Shown: in pieces, positions 1 through 8,445 of the stretch
Layout of the letters: each line of letters opens with the position of its first letter
Numbering within the stretch: the first letter of the stretch is position 1
Assembly: GCA_038204425.1 (NCBI GenBank)
Contig: JBBRCZ010000008.1
Span: 74,270 to 138,269 of the forward strand
From: Spirochaetia bacterium
GTDB taxonomy: Bacteria > Spirochaetota > Spirochaetia > DSM-27196 > Salinispiraceae
Direction: 5' to 3'
DNA length: 64,000 nucleotides
Program-made: the position numbers and the translations under genes
The notes under the pieces: generated by a model
Databases searched by the model: none
What the model was told of the DNA's origin: nothing
What the model saw: only the letters and a program-made list of their open reading frames with translations

Positions 1-679
1 CAAAGATGTGACAAATACCGTCAGCGTGCCCCATTACCGGAATGCGACTTTCGCGCATTATGTGCTGCACAAAATCGTTGGAACCCCGCGGTATAACCAA
101 GTCAACAAGATCATGCATGGTAAGCAGTTGAGCAACCTCTTCTCTTGTTTCTAGTTGCACCAACCAACCGGGGGCTAGACCAGCTTCCACAGCGGCATCA
201 TGTATTATTTGAGCCAGGAGACGATTGCTTTCTAAGGCTTCACTACCGCCTTTGAGAACCACTGCATTGCCCGACTTTATGCACAGACCAGCAATTTGCA
301 CCAAGGCATCTGGTCGTGACTCAAAAATCATGGCTATCAAACCCAAAGGACACGATACTTGGTAAAGATTGAGATCCGTATCCAATTCTTTTGCACTTAG
401 AATTTTGTTCAATGGGTCTTTGGACTCAATAAGCGCTTTTATTCCTTGCTCGAGTTCGGCAAGCTTGCCAGGTCCAAAATTTAGTCGCTTGAGCAATGCC
501 TCGGAGAGCTTAGCTTGCCTTGAGCGTTCTAAATCGACTTGATTGGCAGCAAAAATCTGCGCTTGATTGTCTACTAGGCTTTGCAATACGGCCTCAAGAG
601 CGCGATTTCTCACGTTAAGATCTAGGCTCGCGCAGATTATTGAGGCAGACTTTGCACGTGCAATTTTTTGTATCAACAT
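1..679 (-). CDS. proA: Glutamate-5-semialdehyde dehydrogenase (gamma-glutamyl phosphate reductase), partial; runs off the left edge
   Basis: Not in the ORF track. Manual translation from ATG at 679 (GGAG upstream) gives MLIQKIARAKSAS...CPLGLIAMIFESRPDALVQIAGLCIKSGNAVVLKGGSEA...DLVIPRGS...IPVMGHADGICHIF, which are ProA signature motifs. Confidence 0.95.
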   Translation of the reverse strand, partial: MLIQKIARAKSASIICASLDLNVRNRALEAVLQSLVDNQAQIFAANQVDLERSRQAKLSEALLKRLNFGPGKLAELEQGIKALIESKDPLNKILSAKELDTDLNLYQVSCPLGLIAMIFESRPDALVQIAGLCIKSGNAVVLKGGSEALESNRLLAQIIHDAAVEAGLAPGWLVQLETREEVAQLLTMHDLVDLVIPRGSNDFVQHIMRESRIPVMGHADGICHIF

Positions 680-863
680 TATAGCTCCATGCTACCAAAT
701 GGCGGACATGCTGGGCAAGCTTCTTTTTCTCTTATCCAAAACGGCATTTTTGTCCAAAATCAGTTAACCTTTAATTTGTGTGCTATCAATGTGCTATGTG
801 CTAGGCACCATTTACTGCGTGCGTTGCACCATTTGTTAGGTACAGTACACTAAGGGGTTTCCA

Positions 864-3800
864 ATGAAGTTTAAACTAAAGATCATCTTTTTTGCCTTTT
901 TAAGCGTACAAACGTTTGCTTCAATTTTTGCTGGTGGTTCTGCGGAGCAAAAACCAGCTCAAGCCAATGGACTAAGAAACTGGGATCACACGCTCGACAT
1001 TAGTACTAAAAAGCCAGGGCTCTACAATATAGTTATCGAAGGTCGCGATAGGGCCGGAAACGTTACGGTGGCTGGCCCTTTTAATATCCACGTAGATCCC
1101 GAGTCTGACGTGCCCCATGTTCAGATAAATAATCCACTTTCGCTACAACGCGTTGGCGGCAACCTTAACATAGTTGGCACCGCAGTTGACGATGACGGCA
1201 TTGGCTATGTTGAACTAAGCCTAAATGGCGCTGAGCCGGTTCGTGCTCAAGGCAAAGAGTTTTGGTCACTTTACTTCTCAGTTGCTGAGATTGAGGATGG
1301 CGCCCATACGCTTTCGGCGATCGCCCATGACATCAACGGTGTGCCGTCAAAGCCAATCTCTGTTGTCTTTAATCTAGATAAACACAAGCCCAACAACCAG
1401 ATTATTAGTCATCAAAATGGTGTCATAGTGAGCGGCAATCTTCGCTTTAGCGGTTTGGTGGAGGATGCAAACCAAGTAGCAAGTGTAGAACTTAGTGAAG
1501 ACGGTGGAAAGCAATTTAAGGCGGTCTATTTTCAATCCGAGAAGAATGGACTTCAAGCACGTTTTGACTATGCGGTGGACACCAAAAAATTTCCGGATGG
1601 ACCCAAGGTATTGTGGGTCAGAAGTCGCGACAAAACAGGTTCAGTAAATGCCAGTGCTTTTTTGGTATTTGTTGATAACACCATCCCCGACTTGAGAGTA
1701 ATTTACCCGGGTAAGGATGCACCCGTAAATGGTAAAGTGACCATTTTTGGGGCAGCAGCCGACGTGGTCGGTCTCAAGTCGCTTAGCTGGCGATGGGGGG
1801 ATAAAAAAGCCGACATGGCGTTGGTTCCTGGCAACCCGTTCTTTTCTCAAGAGTTTGACCTCAGCAAACAAAGCAATGGCAATTTTAACGTTGTCTTTAT
1901 CGCGCAAGATACCGCAGGCAATATCCGTGAGTTTAGCCATAGCCTAAAGATTGACAACGAAGGTGACTTGCCAGTGGCGAGTCTGCATAGTCCACAAGCC
2001 AAGTCGGTACACGACGACTACCTCGTGCTTACGGCAAGCGCACGTGACGACGACGGCATTGCTGCCTTATGGTACCAGCTTGGCCAGAGTCCAGCTGTAA
2101 GATTAGAAGGCAACGGAAATTTTGTTCAAAGAATTGAATTAGGCAATGCCGGTCAACACACAATTGGCATCTGGGCCGAGGACATCTTTGGTGTCAAAGG
2201 CAAGCAAATCAGCCAAAGCTTTCAGTCCTGGGGCCCTAGCCCTATCATAGTCGTAGGCAAGGTGAATGCCAATCAGTTTTCGCCAGGAATGACACTAATT
2301 TCGAGTACCGACAATACTATTGAAGGCAGCATAGCAAGCTTCAATGGTCTCAAGTCATTGCAGTTTTGGGTAAATGGGGCCAAAGCACAGAATGCTTCCT
2401 TCCAAAACACAGCCAAAATTGGTGAGCTGAGCTTTAAACTCGCTCTCGGCAAAGGACTGCCCTTTGGCATACTTAATGTCGAACTAGAAGCACTTGACAA
2501 TGCCGCCAAGTCCAGCAAGAATCGGATCTTACTCTTTGTTAGGGATGACTCAAAGATTCAGGACGAACCGAGCATTGTCTTTGAAGACAAGCGCATAGTC
2601 GGCGACAGAGTTCAATTTGACAGCGATAAACCGCTAGACCTCTACTTTGCCGGCGGTACGGCAAAATCGGTTAGACTGCTTCCCGAAAGCAACCTATTAA
2701 AAGTTAATCTTGATGGCAACCATATAAGTTTGCTAGTGCTCAAAGCTGGCATTACGGTACCAAGCAAAGTTGTGCTGACTGATGTTCGCGGCCATAGTTT
2801 TGAAACTAACGCTTTTGTTTTTGCAACTGATTATGTCGCACCCCAAGTCACTTTGGCAGCTCTCTCCGACAAGCCGTATAACAAAGCGCCAAGTATCAGC
2901 GGAAAGGCCACCGACAACCTAAAACTTGCGAAATTGCAGCTTAGCACAAGCAACGTTATCACGGTTCAAGAAATAGCGCTACCTGCCACGGCAGATGGAA
3001 GCTTTAAAATTGACCTACCGGCTTCGATCTGGGATGCAAATCCAGACGGTTTAGTTATAGTCAAGGTTACCGCAAGTGACGTAAGCGGCTTATCCAGTCA
3101 GCAAGAATTGACGCTTATCAAAGATACGACACCGCCACTTATCAGAGCCGAGCTGGGTGGCAACGGCTTTGGCAGTTTATGGATAGTTTTTGGCACAGTC
3201 GAAGAATCGGGCCTTTTGCAAAACTTGAGCTACGAACTTGATGGATCGAGTAACACGCTGGCCTTGCTGCCTGACTTTGCATTTTCGGTCACTGCAGACA
3301 CAGCTCGCAGCCTCACTCTCAACGCCACTGATGCTGCAGGCAACACAGGAACACTGAGCCTTGCCATAGGGCTTGCAAGTGGCACGGCAACGCCGCAAGC
3401 CCTGCTTGGCCCTGATGGCAAACCCTTGCCAGCTGCCAAACCAAATGCCAGGATTTTGTACCCAAAACCCGGCGCCACGTCGTCAAGCAGGCAATTTGTG
3501 ATAGCACTAGACAACAGTCTTAGCATTGACGCCTTGTCTGCAAAAATTGGCGGCAAAGTGACTGAGATCAATTATTTGGCCGGATCAGGAATTGCTTATG
3601 GCAAACTTGAGCCACTTAAGCCAGGCACGAAAGAACTAAACTTAGAACTTGGCTTTTTGGTGGCCGGCAAGCAAGAGGTCAATAACTCCTTGCGGCTGAG
3701 TTTTGACGCTGAGCTGACGCGGCCAAAACTTGAGGTACAAGTCAACAGCGGCAACGTTAGCGCATCCAATGCACGACTAAGTGGCGCTGTGATCGATAGC

Positions 3801-6800
3801 GATGGTGCTAGTGAGCTTCGTTATCAAGTTGACAACAGTGCGCAAGTACTACAAAAATTGACAGACAACTTGTTTAGCTTGGATTTTTCGACCCTCAAGC
3901 CTGGCAAACATACAGTCAAACTCTTTGCACTTGATTCGCTTGGCAATCAATCTCAAACGGTTGACTACGGTCTAACCATAGACGATCAAGCAAGTCAGAT
4001 TATTGTGCAGTCTGTCCGTACCAAATCAGCGGTCCAAGATTATCGCAATGGTATTAATCTTACTTTGGACGATCAAACAGCGCTTGTCGGTCAGATTATT
4101 GGCACTGCCGCCATTAAAGAAGCCAAAATCTCCTTAAACAATCAGGCCGAACAAAGCCTGGCACTACGCGAGCAAAATGGCGTGCGCAGTTTTGAGTTTA
4201 AGATTCCGCGCGAGACCAGTTTGGGCAAACAGATCTGGAAGCTCACGGCCCGCAGCGAAAACGGCCAAACGAGCCTTGCAAGTGGTGTCTTTTATGTGCT
4301 CGCAGCGCCAAACAGCAGCATGGACTACGCCGATGGGCTTAGATTTGCAGACCCTGCAGTTGCAGCTGGGGAAGCTATGATCGTTTCAAACGACAAGCCG
4401 CTGGGTGCCTATCTGATTGGCAGGCCAATAAAGGAACTCATATTTAGTCCACCGGCTGCTCATTTGAGTGCCAGCTTTGAAGGTCGAGCCATCAAAATTG
4501 GCGCTCAAGAACAAGGACCTCGCTACAAGGGAATCCTTACGGCCGTAAGCTTAGATGGCGACCGCTACTCATCTCCAGTGCTCGACATAATTACCGACTC
4601 AACGGCTCCCGAGATCACTTTAGAAATGAACGATGTGCAAACTTGGTTTAAGCAAACAGTGAGCATAAAAGGCACTATTCGAGACAACATCGCTAGCGAC
4701 AAAGTATCCTGGACCACGCTGCTGCCCGGAGAACTGCTGGCCGAAAAACAATTTATCGATGCCAAAATTGCTGCTGCCAGCGCCAACACCGGTGTCCAAA
4801 CATTTACTGTCGACGAGCTGGGCCAGAACCTCAGCGATGGCCTGTTCTATCTGGTGATTAAGGCTAGCGATACGAGCGGCAATCAAAGCCTGACGTATCG
4901 AGCTCTCCATAAATACAGCCAGCCGCCACTTGTTCAATTTCTTACCCCTCCAGTTGAGGAAATTGTAAACGGTTACCTCTTGCTGGGCGGCATTGTGCAA
5001 ACGGTCAGCGTGCTCAAAGAGCTCGCCTGGACAGCTGATGGAACAACATTTAACGAGCTCAATCTCGCCAATGACTTTAGCTTTTTCCTCGACACCCAAA
5101 AGAACCCTTTGCCACGTTGGGCAGTGCGTGCCCGAGACCTTGTTGGCAATGAGGTTTTGCTGGTACCGCAACTCAAACTTGATCCGCAAAAAGACTTGCC
5201 GGTAATAGAAATCCAAACACCGCCGCCAAGCGAAGTTCAGAGAAACAACTTTCCAATTGCAGGCATGGTCTTTGATGACGATGGTGTCAAGGCAATCTAC
5301 TATCGCATTGACCACAAGGTGCTAACGACGACCTCCATCAGTGCCAACGCCACCAGGGCAAGTTCCAGCACTACAAGCAGCACTGTCGCACCACGCGGTC
5401 GTGCAACGACAGCAACTAGTACTACCACCACAATTGCTAAAGTAGAGGCTCTAACGCCCGCCATTGACTTGTCGACTTTTGTCAGACTAGAAGGCGCATC
5501 TAGCTTTAGTATTCCTATCGACATAGTGGCAACAGGTGACAATCAGCATGTTATTGAGATGGTGGCCGAAGACATCAACGGTGTCTTAAGTCCCTTGATA
5601 AGTTCCACCTTCCGCATTAGTACCGCAGAGCCTCAAAACGCTGTTTTAGCTCCTTCAAATGAGTCAAGCAACCGCCGCATAGTTGCGGTCAATGGCAAAG
5701 CATCCGACAAGAACGGTATCAAGGAAGTCAGGCTATCTTTTGACAACGGCAATTCTTGGCATCGCGCCACAGGAACCGAGAATTGGAACTACCAGTTTGA
5801 CACGCGGACGCTTAAGGATGGTACCTACGCTATCTATATAAAAACCATCGACATGTACGAAACCGAGGGCGACTATACAACTTTGATTAACATTGACAAC
5901 ACGCCACCGAGCTTGATCTTAGACGATCCTGTCGATGGCCTAGTTAAAAAAGGTAAGCTCTATCTATCGGGTCGTGTGGATGATCAAATTGGCGTTAGCA
6001 AGATTATGCTCGATATCATCCCGGCCGATGCTGTGGCCAGCAATAAAAGCGTCCTATCCCAGACCTTGGCGCTAGAAACAGTCATTCAAAGCACCATAGA
6101 TGTTGGCACATTGAGTCCTGGCTGGTACACCGTCAGACTTAGCGCCTTCGATAGGTCTGACAATGTCGGTTATATCAGTCGTGATATACAGATAGCCGAT
6201 GCCAATATCCCCAGCAGAGCCGAGCTAGTTTATCCACGAGAAAACGAAATTTTGTCAGGGTTTTTTACGCTCTCAGGTCAAGTCAAAGCCGAGGAACTGC
6301 CAAAACAAGTCGGACTCTATCTGGATGACACCCTGTTGAGTCTCTTAGAAGTCAGCCCAGAAGGCTGGTTCCATAGTGAGTTTTCGCCCGAAATGCTTGA
6401 GGATGGCAAACATAACTTTACCATCAAACGCGCCAGTGAAAATGAGCAAGTCTTGCAAAACGTTGAAAGAACCATCAGCTACGCACAATCGGGACCATGG
6501 ATTCGTTTTACGTCACAGAATCCTGGCGACTATGTAAGCAAGCGCCCTTGGCTAGAAGGTAAAGCCGGTTACTTATTAAGCGAAGTCAAACCAAGTGAAG
6601 AAGGTCCAGAACTTGAAGTATGGCGTCAGAAAAATGAAGACAGTCAACTTGTTTCGATAGAATTATCTTTTGACAATGGCAAGACCTTTAGTCAAGTTGC
6701 CAATTCTGTGCAATGGCGTGCGCGACTAGAGACTCAAAACTTTGCGACAGGGCCTATTTTTATTCTTGCGCGAGCAAAGTTTAAGGGCGGCAAAGTTGCC

Positions 6801-7460
6801 ACTAGCCACATTGCACTAATAATTGACGAAAAGTCGCCTGAAGTCACCCTGCTCTTCCCTGGTGAAGAAGGACGATTTAACGGTGACATTCCGCTGCGCG
6901 GCACTGCAAATGACAACTTTGACCTAGAAGCCATAAATGTAACCCTGCGCGAAGGCGATAAGGCTGGATATGAAGTGCCAAGTGGCCTACAAGGCATGTA
7001 TGTGGAAGCGGTGGTAGGCGGGCTAACAATATGGGAAGTGGGCGTTGGCCTGACCTTCTTTGATGAGAACGTAAAATTGCAGACGGTCTTTGGATTTGCA
7101 CCAGCTGGTCAGCGATTTGACGGTTACGTAATGGGCGCCAAGCTGATTGCCAACGTACTCAAGCTACCGGGTGCCTTCCTCTTTGGGCCAGACCTGGACT
7201 TTTTCAGCATGAGCTTGGGTGTAGGTGCGCAGTTTAACTACGCCACTATGTCAGGCTCCGAGCTAGCTTTTGGCGACAACGGCGTGGTATTGGGAGCGGC
7301 CATAGTTCAACTGGAACTTGCGCGTTTGTTCTTTGAAGACTTACCGTTTTTGCGCACCTACGGCTTGTACATGGAGGGTCAGTTCTGGTTCGTCTCGTCA
7401 GATGTTTTGGCCGAGGTAATACCAAAATTAGCATTTGGCCTACGTGTTGGGCTCTTTTAA
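864..7460 (+). CDS. Giant (2198 aa) secreted Ig-like repeat protein with a probable C-terminal outer-membrane beta-barrel
   Basis: N-terminal signal peptide. Many bacterial Ig-like repeats with G.A.DD.GI..V, A.D.aGN and D.tpP motifs. The C-terminal ~150 aa alternate hydrophobic residues and end in ...FGLRVGLF (terminal Phe). Confidence 0.8.
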   Translation: MKFKLKIIFFAFLSVQTFASIFAGGSAEQKPAQANGLRNWDHTLDISTKKPGLYNIVIEGRDRAGNVTVAGPFNIHVDPESDVPHVQINNPLSLQRVGGNLNIVGTAVDDDGIGYVELSLNGAEPVRAQGKEFWSLYFSVAEIEDGAHTLSAIAHDINGVPSKPISVVFNLDKHKPNNQIISHQNGVIVSGNLRFSGLVEDANQVASVELSEDGGKQFKAVYFQSEKNGLQARFDYAVDTKKFPDGPKVLWVRSRDKTGSVNASAFLVFVDNTIPDLRVIYPGKDAPVNGKVTIFGAAADVVGLKSLSWRWGDKKADMALVPGNPFFSQEFDLSKQSNGNFNVVFIAQDTAGNIREFSHSLKIDNEGDLPVASLHSPQAKSVHDDYLVLTASARDDDGIAALWYQLGQSPAVRLEGNGNFVQRIELGNAGQHTIGIWAEDIFGVKGKQISQSFQSWGPSPIIVVGKVNANQFSPGMTLISSTDNTIEGSIASFNGLKSLQFWVNGAKAQNASFQNTAKIGELSFKLALGKGLPFGILNVELEALDNAAKSSKNRILLFVRDDSKIQDEPSIVFEDKRIVGDRVQFDSDKPLDLYFAGGTAKSVRLLPESNLLKVNLDGNHISLLVLKAGITVPSKVVLTDVRGHSFETNAFVFATDYVAPQVTLAALSDKPYNKAPSISGKATDNLKLAKLQLSTSNVITVQEIALPATADGSFKIDLPASIWDANPDGLVIVKVTASDVSGLSSQQELTLIKDTTPPLIRAELGGNGFGSLWIVFGTVEESGLLQNLSYELDGSSNTLALLPDFAFSVTADTARSLTLNATDAAGNTGTLSLAIGLASGTATPQALLGPDGKPLPAAKPNARILYPKPGATSSSRQFVIALDNSLSIDALSAKIGGKVTEINYLAGSGIAYGKLEPLKPGTKELNLELGFLVAGKQEVNNSLRLSFDAELTRPKLEVQVNSGNVSASNARLSGAVIDSDGASELRYQVDNSAQVLQKLTDNLFSLDFSTLKPGKHTVKLFALDSLGNQSQTVDYGLTIDDQASQIIVQSVRTKSAVQDYRNGINLTLDDQTALVGQIIGTAAIKEAKISLNNQAEQSLALREQNGVRSFEFKIPRETSLGKQIWKLTARSENGQTSLASGVFYVLAAPNSSMDYADGLRFADPAVAAGEAMIVSNDKPLGAYLIGRPIKELIFSPPAAHLSASFEGRAIKIGAQEQGPRYKGILTAVSLDGDRYSSPVLDIITDSTAPEITLEMNDVQTWFKQTVSIKGTIRDNIASDKVSWTTLLPGELLAEKQFIDAKIAAASANTGVQTFTVDELGQNLSDGLFYLVIKASDTSGNQSLTYRALHKYSQPPLVQFLTPPVEEIVNGYLLLGGIVQTVSVLKELAWTADGTTFNELNLANDFSFFLDTQKNPLPRWAVRARDLVGNEVLLVPQLKLDPQKDLPVIEIQTPPPSEVQRNNFPIAGMVFDDDGVKAIYYRIDHKVLTTTSISANATRASSSTTSSTVAPRGRATTATSTTTTIAKVEALTPAIDLSTFVRLEGASSFSIPIDIVATGDNQHVIEMVAEDINGVLSPLISSTFRISTAEPQNAVLAPSNESSNRRIVAVNGKASDKNGIKEVRLSFDNGNSWHRATGTENWNYQFDTRTLKDGTYAIYIKTIDMYETEGDYTTLINIDNTPPSLILDDPVDGLVKKGKLYLSGRVDDQIGVSKIMLDIIPADAVASNKSVLSQTLALETVIQSTIDVGTLSPGWYTVRLSAFDRSDNVGYISRDIQIADANIPSRAELVYPRENEILSGFFTLSGQVKAEELPKQVGLYLDDTLLSLLEVSPEGWFHSEFSPEMLEDGKHNFTIKRASENEQVLQNVERTISYAQSGPWIRFTSQNPGDYVSKRPWLEGKAGYLLSEVKPSEEGPELEVWRQKNEDSQLVSIELSFDNGKTFSQVANSVQWRARLETQNFATGPIFILARAKFKGGKVATSHIALIIDEKSPEVTLLFPGEEGRFNGDIPLRGTANDNFDLEAINVTLREGDKAGYEVPSGLQGMYVEAVVGGLTIWEVGVGLTFFDENVKLQTVFGFAPAGQRFDGYVMGAKLIANVLKLPGAFLFGPDLDFFSMSLGVGAQFNYATMSGSELAFGDNGVVLGAAIVQLELARLFFEDLPFLRTYGLYMEGQFWFVSSDVLAEVIPKLAFGLRVGLF

Positions 7461-7469
7461 ATACTAGCT

Positions 7470-7496
7470 TCGCTGGGTCAATTATTGGCCCAGCGA
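7470..7496. terminator. GC-rich hairpin between convergent genes, possibly a bidirectional terminator
   Basis: tCGCTGGGTCAA-tta-TTGGCCCAGCGa inverted repeat between the stop codons at 7460 and 7502. U-tracts are weak. Confidence 0.5.
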
Positions 7497-7501
7497 TCAC
7501 T

Positions 7502-8317
7502 TTACTGTTGAGTTTTTTTGGCTAGCTGAGATTTTTCGGCTAGTTTGGCCTCATCCCAGAGTTGATCCATAAGCGTAAAGCTATCTTTGTCCATACTTAC
7601 TTGCTTGACCTTCATAGCTTCTTCGACATAACGAAAGCGTCGATCAAATTTGCTTATGGTTCTCTGTAAGGCCAACGAGGGATCTTTGCCAAGCGCGCGG
7701 ACAACATTGATGACCGAAAACAAAACATCGCCCAGCTCGTCTTCCAGTGCGTCGCTATCCATAGCAATGCTGGCTTCTCGTGCTTCTGCCAACTCCTCCG
7801 CCACCTTGTCCCAAACCTTGCCGGTATCCTGCCAATCAAAACCAACTTTAGCGGCTTTTTTTTGCATCTTGTAGGCTCTCTCTAGTGGCGGTAGTGACTG
7901 AGAAACTTCGTCCATCAATGAGTCTTTCTTACGTCGACCCTCAATATTTACCTTTATATCATTCCACTGCTGAACAACTTCCTGAGCATTGTCAACTTTG
8001 CTAGTGCCAAACACATGCGGGTGACGCCTAATCAACTTCTGGTTGAGGTCGCTGAGTGTATCAGCTAAGCTAAAGTCAGCCTGCTGTTCATAAATATAAG
8101 TAAGCAAAGTAATTACCAAAAAAACATCTCCAAGTTCTTCCCTAACATGGTTGCTATCCTGGCTATTGATGGCTTCAACACATTCGTAAGCCTCTTCTAT
8201 AAGATTGGCGCGTAAACTTTGCGGACTCTGTTCTTTGTCCCATGGGCAGCCCTCAGGCGAGCGTAAGCGTTTAATGATCTCGTATAATTCGCCAAAAGGC
8301 TCGGCTGGATTTTTCAT
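7502..8317 (-). CDS. mazG: Nucleoside triphosphate pyrophosphohydrolase MazG
   Basis: LRSPEGCPWDKEQ, EEAYE, EELGD, RRHPHVF, GFDW and ELGD tandem MazG domains. Start moved to ATG 8317 (MKNPAEPF). Confidence 0.95.
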   Translation of the reverse strand: MKNPAEPFGELYEIIKRLRSPEGCPWDKEQSPQSLRANLIEEAYECVEAINSQDSNHVREELGDVFLVITLLTYIYEQQADFSLADTLSDLNQKLIRRHPHVFGTSKVDNAQEVVQQWNDIKVNIEGRRKKDSLMDEVSQSLPPLERAYKMQKKAAKVGFDWQDTGKVWDKVAEELAEAREASIAMDSDALEDELGDVLFSVINVVRALGKDPSLALQRTISKFDRRFRYVEEAMKVKQVSMDKDSFTLMDQLWDEAKLAEKSQLAKKTQQ

Positions 8318-8328
8318 AGCGCCACTGT

Positions 8329-8374
8329 AACCCGCAAGGAAGCAAACCGCAACCCGCAAGGAAGCAAACCGCAA
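8329..8374. repeat. Perfect 22-bp tandem duplication (AACCCGCAAGGAAGCAAACCGC x2 + AA)
   Basis: Read directly: units at 8329-8350 and 8351-8372, in the divergent intergenic region upstream of mazG. Confidence 0.95.
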
Positions 8375-8445
8375 GTTACCATTGCATCTAAGGCTTGTTC
8401 TTGCCTATAAATAAGATAGACTACGGTAAACCGAGGAAATAAACA

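Noticed and set aside
779..834. Short repeats (TGTGCTA x3, GCACCATTT x2) and a sigma-54-like GGCAC...TGC upstream of the Ig-repeat gene
   Set aside because: Repeat spacing is irregular and the GG-GC distance is 11 rather than the required 10. Not enough support.
567..853. ORFs 567-767 and 668-853
   Set aside because: They are antisense to the proA start or lie within the promoter region, with no recognisable product.
4620..5315. 231-aa antisense ORF inside the Ig-repeat gene (and the many other short antisense or off-frame ORFs in the track)
   Set aside because: Fully nested opposite well-supported genes, with no RBS or motifs. Expected by chance.
8329..8374. Possible mini CRISPR array
   Set aside because: Only two directly abutting units with no spacer and no cas genes in the window. 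Kept as a tandem repeat.
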